Below are positions 61,778 through 64,000 of a stretch of 64,000 nucleotides of DNA, one piece after another. The position numbers and the translations under genes were made by a program. Source of the DNA: Clostridia bacterium (GTDB taxonomy: Bacteria; Bacillota; Clostridia; JAAYHZ01); the NCBI GenBank assembly GCA_050950825.1, contig JBMNIH010000003.1, forward strand, positions 352,001 to 416,000. The letters are read 5' to 3'. The stretch's first letter is position 1. Every line of letters starts with the position of its first letter. Below the pieces are notes generated by a model. It had not been told where the DNA came from and did no database searches. It saw only the letters and a program-made list of their open reading frames with translations.

Positions 61778-62698
61778 TTATAGCTTTTCCGGATACTTGC
61801 CTTCCCTCACCATTTTGAGTATGGCTTCTTTTACTCGCGGCTTGTCTTCGGCATACGTGACTCCGTACCATAAGTCCTTGGATTTTAGCACTCTTACCTT
61901 CGCCGTACCGGAGGACAGCAACTCGTCCACCGCAAAGGGCAAGTAAAACTCGGCGGTTTCAAGGTTTCGGTCTTCGTCCGATAAGAACAAAACGAATTGC
62001 TCCTTCAGTTTATCAAAGAACTCCGGAGTAAATCCCCACATATTCATGGATACTATGGACATGGGATCTACTTCCGTCCAGTCGGAGGTTTTTTCGTCGT
62101 AATACTTGGTACCGTCGTAAAAGACTTGGATTTTCGTTCTTTCAACGATTCGGGTAAGATAACCGGATTCGTTGATGGTACAGATCCCTCTTGCCACATG
62201 ACCGTGTTCGGTCAGGGTATTTTTCAAAATATACCCTACCATACAGTAGCGATACGGTTCTTTTTGCTCGGACAAATAGTCGTGTATCAATTGAAAGGCT
62301 TCTTTGCCGTAATAATCGTCCGCATTAATAACGCAAAAAGGGTTTTTGACCGCGTTTCTTGCCGAATAGACGGCATGCCCTGTACCCCAAGGCTTGATAC
62401 GGTTTTCCGGTACCTGAAATCCTGCAGGGATATCGTGAATATCTTGAAAAACATATTGAACCGCCATTCTTTCCTCTATTTTACGGCCGATCTTTTCTTT
62501 AAAAAGCTCTTCGTGTTCTTTTTTAATAATAAATACGACCTCATCGAATCCGGCCAATTTGGCATCGTAAATGGAATATTCCAATATACTTTCGCCGCCG
62601 GGTCCGAAGGAGTCCATTTGCTTTAATCCGCCGTACCTGCTTCCCATCCCTGCCGCCATAACAACTAAAGTTGTTTTCAAACCATTCTCCTCCTTCAT
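61778..62698 (-). CDS. Sugar-phosphate nucleotidyltransferase family protein
   Basis: MAAGMGSRYGGLKQ, KPWGTGHA, INADDYYG, WYGVTY. Confidence 0.9.
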   Translation of the reverse strand: MKEENGLKTTLVVMAAGMGSRYGGLKQMDSFGPGGESILEYSIYDAKLAGFDEVVFIIKKEHEELFKEKIGRKIEERMAVQYVFQDIHDIPAGFQVPENRIKPWGTGHAVYSARNAVKNPFCVINADDYYGKEAFQLIHDYLSEQKEPYRYCMVGYILKNTLTEHGHVARGICTINESGYLTRIVERTKIQVFYDGTKYYDEKTSDWTEVDPMSIVSMNMWGFTPEFFDKLKEQFVLFLSDEDRNLETAEFYLPFAVDELLSSGTAKVRVLKSKDLWYGVTYAEDKPRVKEAILKMVREGKYPEKL

Positions 62699-62736
62699 TC
62701 GCCGAGATCAAACTTGTCTTCATTATTGTACACCCA

Positions 62737-63525
62737 TTAAGAATGTAAATCAATGGAAACCTTTCGCTTCATAAACCATCGTACCGTTTCTTCGTATGAC
62801 ATGGGACCGCCGAAAATATCCAAAGCACTTCCGATGGTGGCGTTGATTTTCCCTTTTCCGGCCTGTGCGAACTCCTCCAGGTCCAAAAGCCCGGAAATCC
62901 CGCCGGCGTAGGTAACCGGAATCCTTGCGCAGCGAGCCAAAAGAAGGGTAAGGTCTTTGTCGAAGCCAAGCTTCTTTCCTTCCACATCCACGCCGTGGAC
63001 CAAAAACTCGCTGCAGTATTCTTCCAATAGCCGTATGTTTTGCTCCGACAGCTCGAAATCGGTAAAACGCTGCCAGCGGTCCGTCACCACATAGTAACGG
63101 CCTTCTTTCTTTCTACAGCTTAAATCCAGAACCAAACGATCTTTGCCGACAAGATCGACCATTTCTTTCAATCGTTCAAAATCCAACCGCCCGTCGCGGA
63201 AGATATAGGAGGTGACGATGACGTGAGATGCGCCCTTCGAAAGATAAAACAAAGCGTTGTCCGGCGTGATGCCTCCCCCGATTTGAAGGCCTCCGGGAAA
63301 GGCGGCAAGCGCACGAAAGGCCGCTTCTTCGTTTCCTTTGCCCAGCATGATGATGTGCCCTCCGTACAAGCCGTCCTTTTGAAACAAACGGGCATAGTAT
63401 TCCGGGGGCTTTTCGGAAACAAAGTTTTCCGTCGGCTTTTCTCGGTCATCCAATGTGCTTCCTACAATTTGTTTGACTTTTCCTTCGTGCAAATCGATAC
63501 AAGGTCGAAACTCCAAAAAAGTCAC
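62737..63525 (-). CDS. hisA: ProFAR isomerase, eukaryotic (HIS6/plant)-type
   Basis: FRPCIDLHEGKVKQIVG, GASHVIVTS, LVLDLSCR, EFLVHGVDVEG, TIGSALDIFGG. Confidence 0.9.
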   Translation of the reverse strand: MTFLEFRPCIDLHEGKVKQIVGSTLDDREKPTENFVSEKPPEYYARLFQKDGLYGGHIIMLGKGNEEAAFRALAAFPGGLQIGGGITPDNALFYLSKGASHVIVTSYIFRDGRLDFERLKEMVDLVGKDRLVLDLSCRKKEGRYYVVTDRWQRFTDFELSEQNIRLLEEYCSEFLVHGVDVEGKKLGFDKDLTLLLARCARIPVTYAGGISGLLDLEEFAQAGKGKINATIGSALDIFGGPMSYEETVRWFMKRKVSIDLHS

Positions 63526-63552
63526 CTCCGCATTTTTTCTATATCTGATATA

Positions 63553-64000
63553 TTACAATTCTTCATAAAGCTTTTCCAACTCTTTTTGCAGCATTCCGTA
63601 TTCCGCAAACAATTCCGGGTTGTACTCCTTGTTCATCATCTCTTCCAGCTCCTGCAGCCGATTCTCTTTTTCCGTAATCAAGACTTCCATTTTCCGAAAC
63701 CTTTGCTGCTCCGGATCCGGCTCTTCCTGCCGGTCTTTTTTGCTGTCGGCAGAGTCCGTCTTTTTATTTTTCGAAGAGCTTTCTTTTTGAGGCTTTGAAT
63801 CCTGCCCGTTTTCCGTCCTTCTTTTTCTTTCGGCGCTGTATTGTTCATAACCGTCCGGGTAAGATACGAATCGATAATCTTTAATTTCCAAAATTCGATT
63901 CATACAATGGGATAGGAAATACCGATCATGGGATACGGCAATCACCGTTCCTTTGTAGTCGGCAATCATTTCTTCCAAACGATCCCGGGAATCCGCATCC
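63553..64000 (-). CDS. ABC-F family ATPase, C-terminal part (start lies outside the window)
   Basis: YKGTVIAVSHDRYFL H-loop followed by a coiled-coil tail. Confidence 0.85.
   Translation of the reverse strand, partial: DADSRDRLEEMIADYKGTVIAVSHDRYFLSHCMNRILEIKDYRFVSYPDGYEQYSAERKRRTENGQDSKPQKESSSKNKKTDSADSKKDRQEEPDPEQQRFRKMEVLITEKENRLQELEEMMNKEYNPELFAEYGMLQKELEKLYEEL

Overview
A 64-kb window from a spore-forming, low-GC Clostridia-class genome, mostly minus-strand housekeeping genes: pyrG, ddl, T-box-controlled proS, ispD/ispF, carD, cwlD, hslO, ftsEX with an M23 peptidase and an S41 protease, msmX-like ATPase, csaB/tagA, rnfCDGEAB and hisA. Downstream of a five-tRNA cluster (Val-Asp-Phe-Gly-Cys) lies a decaying carbohydrate/amino-sugar catabolic island of about 13 kb. 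Its AraC regulator is split by a 3157-bp four-gene transposon (Zn-finger protein, DDE transposase, ExeA-type AAA+ ATPase, small unknown protein) with TGT...ACA ends, 24-bp periodic end repeats and a near-perfect 5-bp target duplication. Other oddities are a SCIFF-type radical SAM maturase with no adjacent precursor, an intact aconitase X pair that appears to have lost most Fe-S ligands and catalytic motifs, an inverted Chlamydia-like ispF and an apparent CTGG-to-CCGG mutational bias. No CRISPR array or rRNA was seen. Family assignments are from motif recognition only; no database searches were run.
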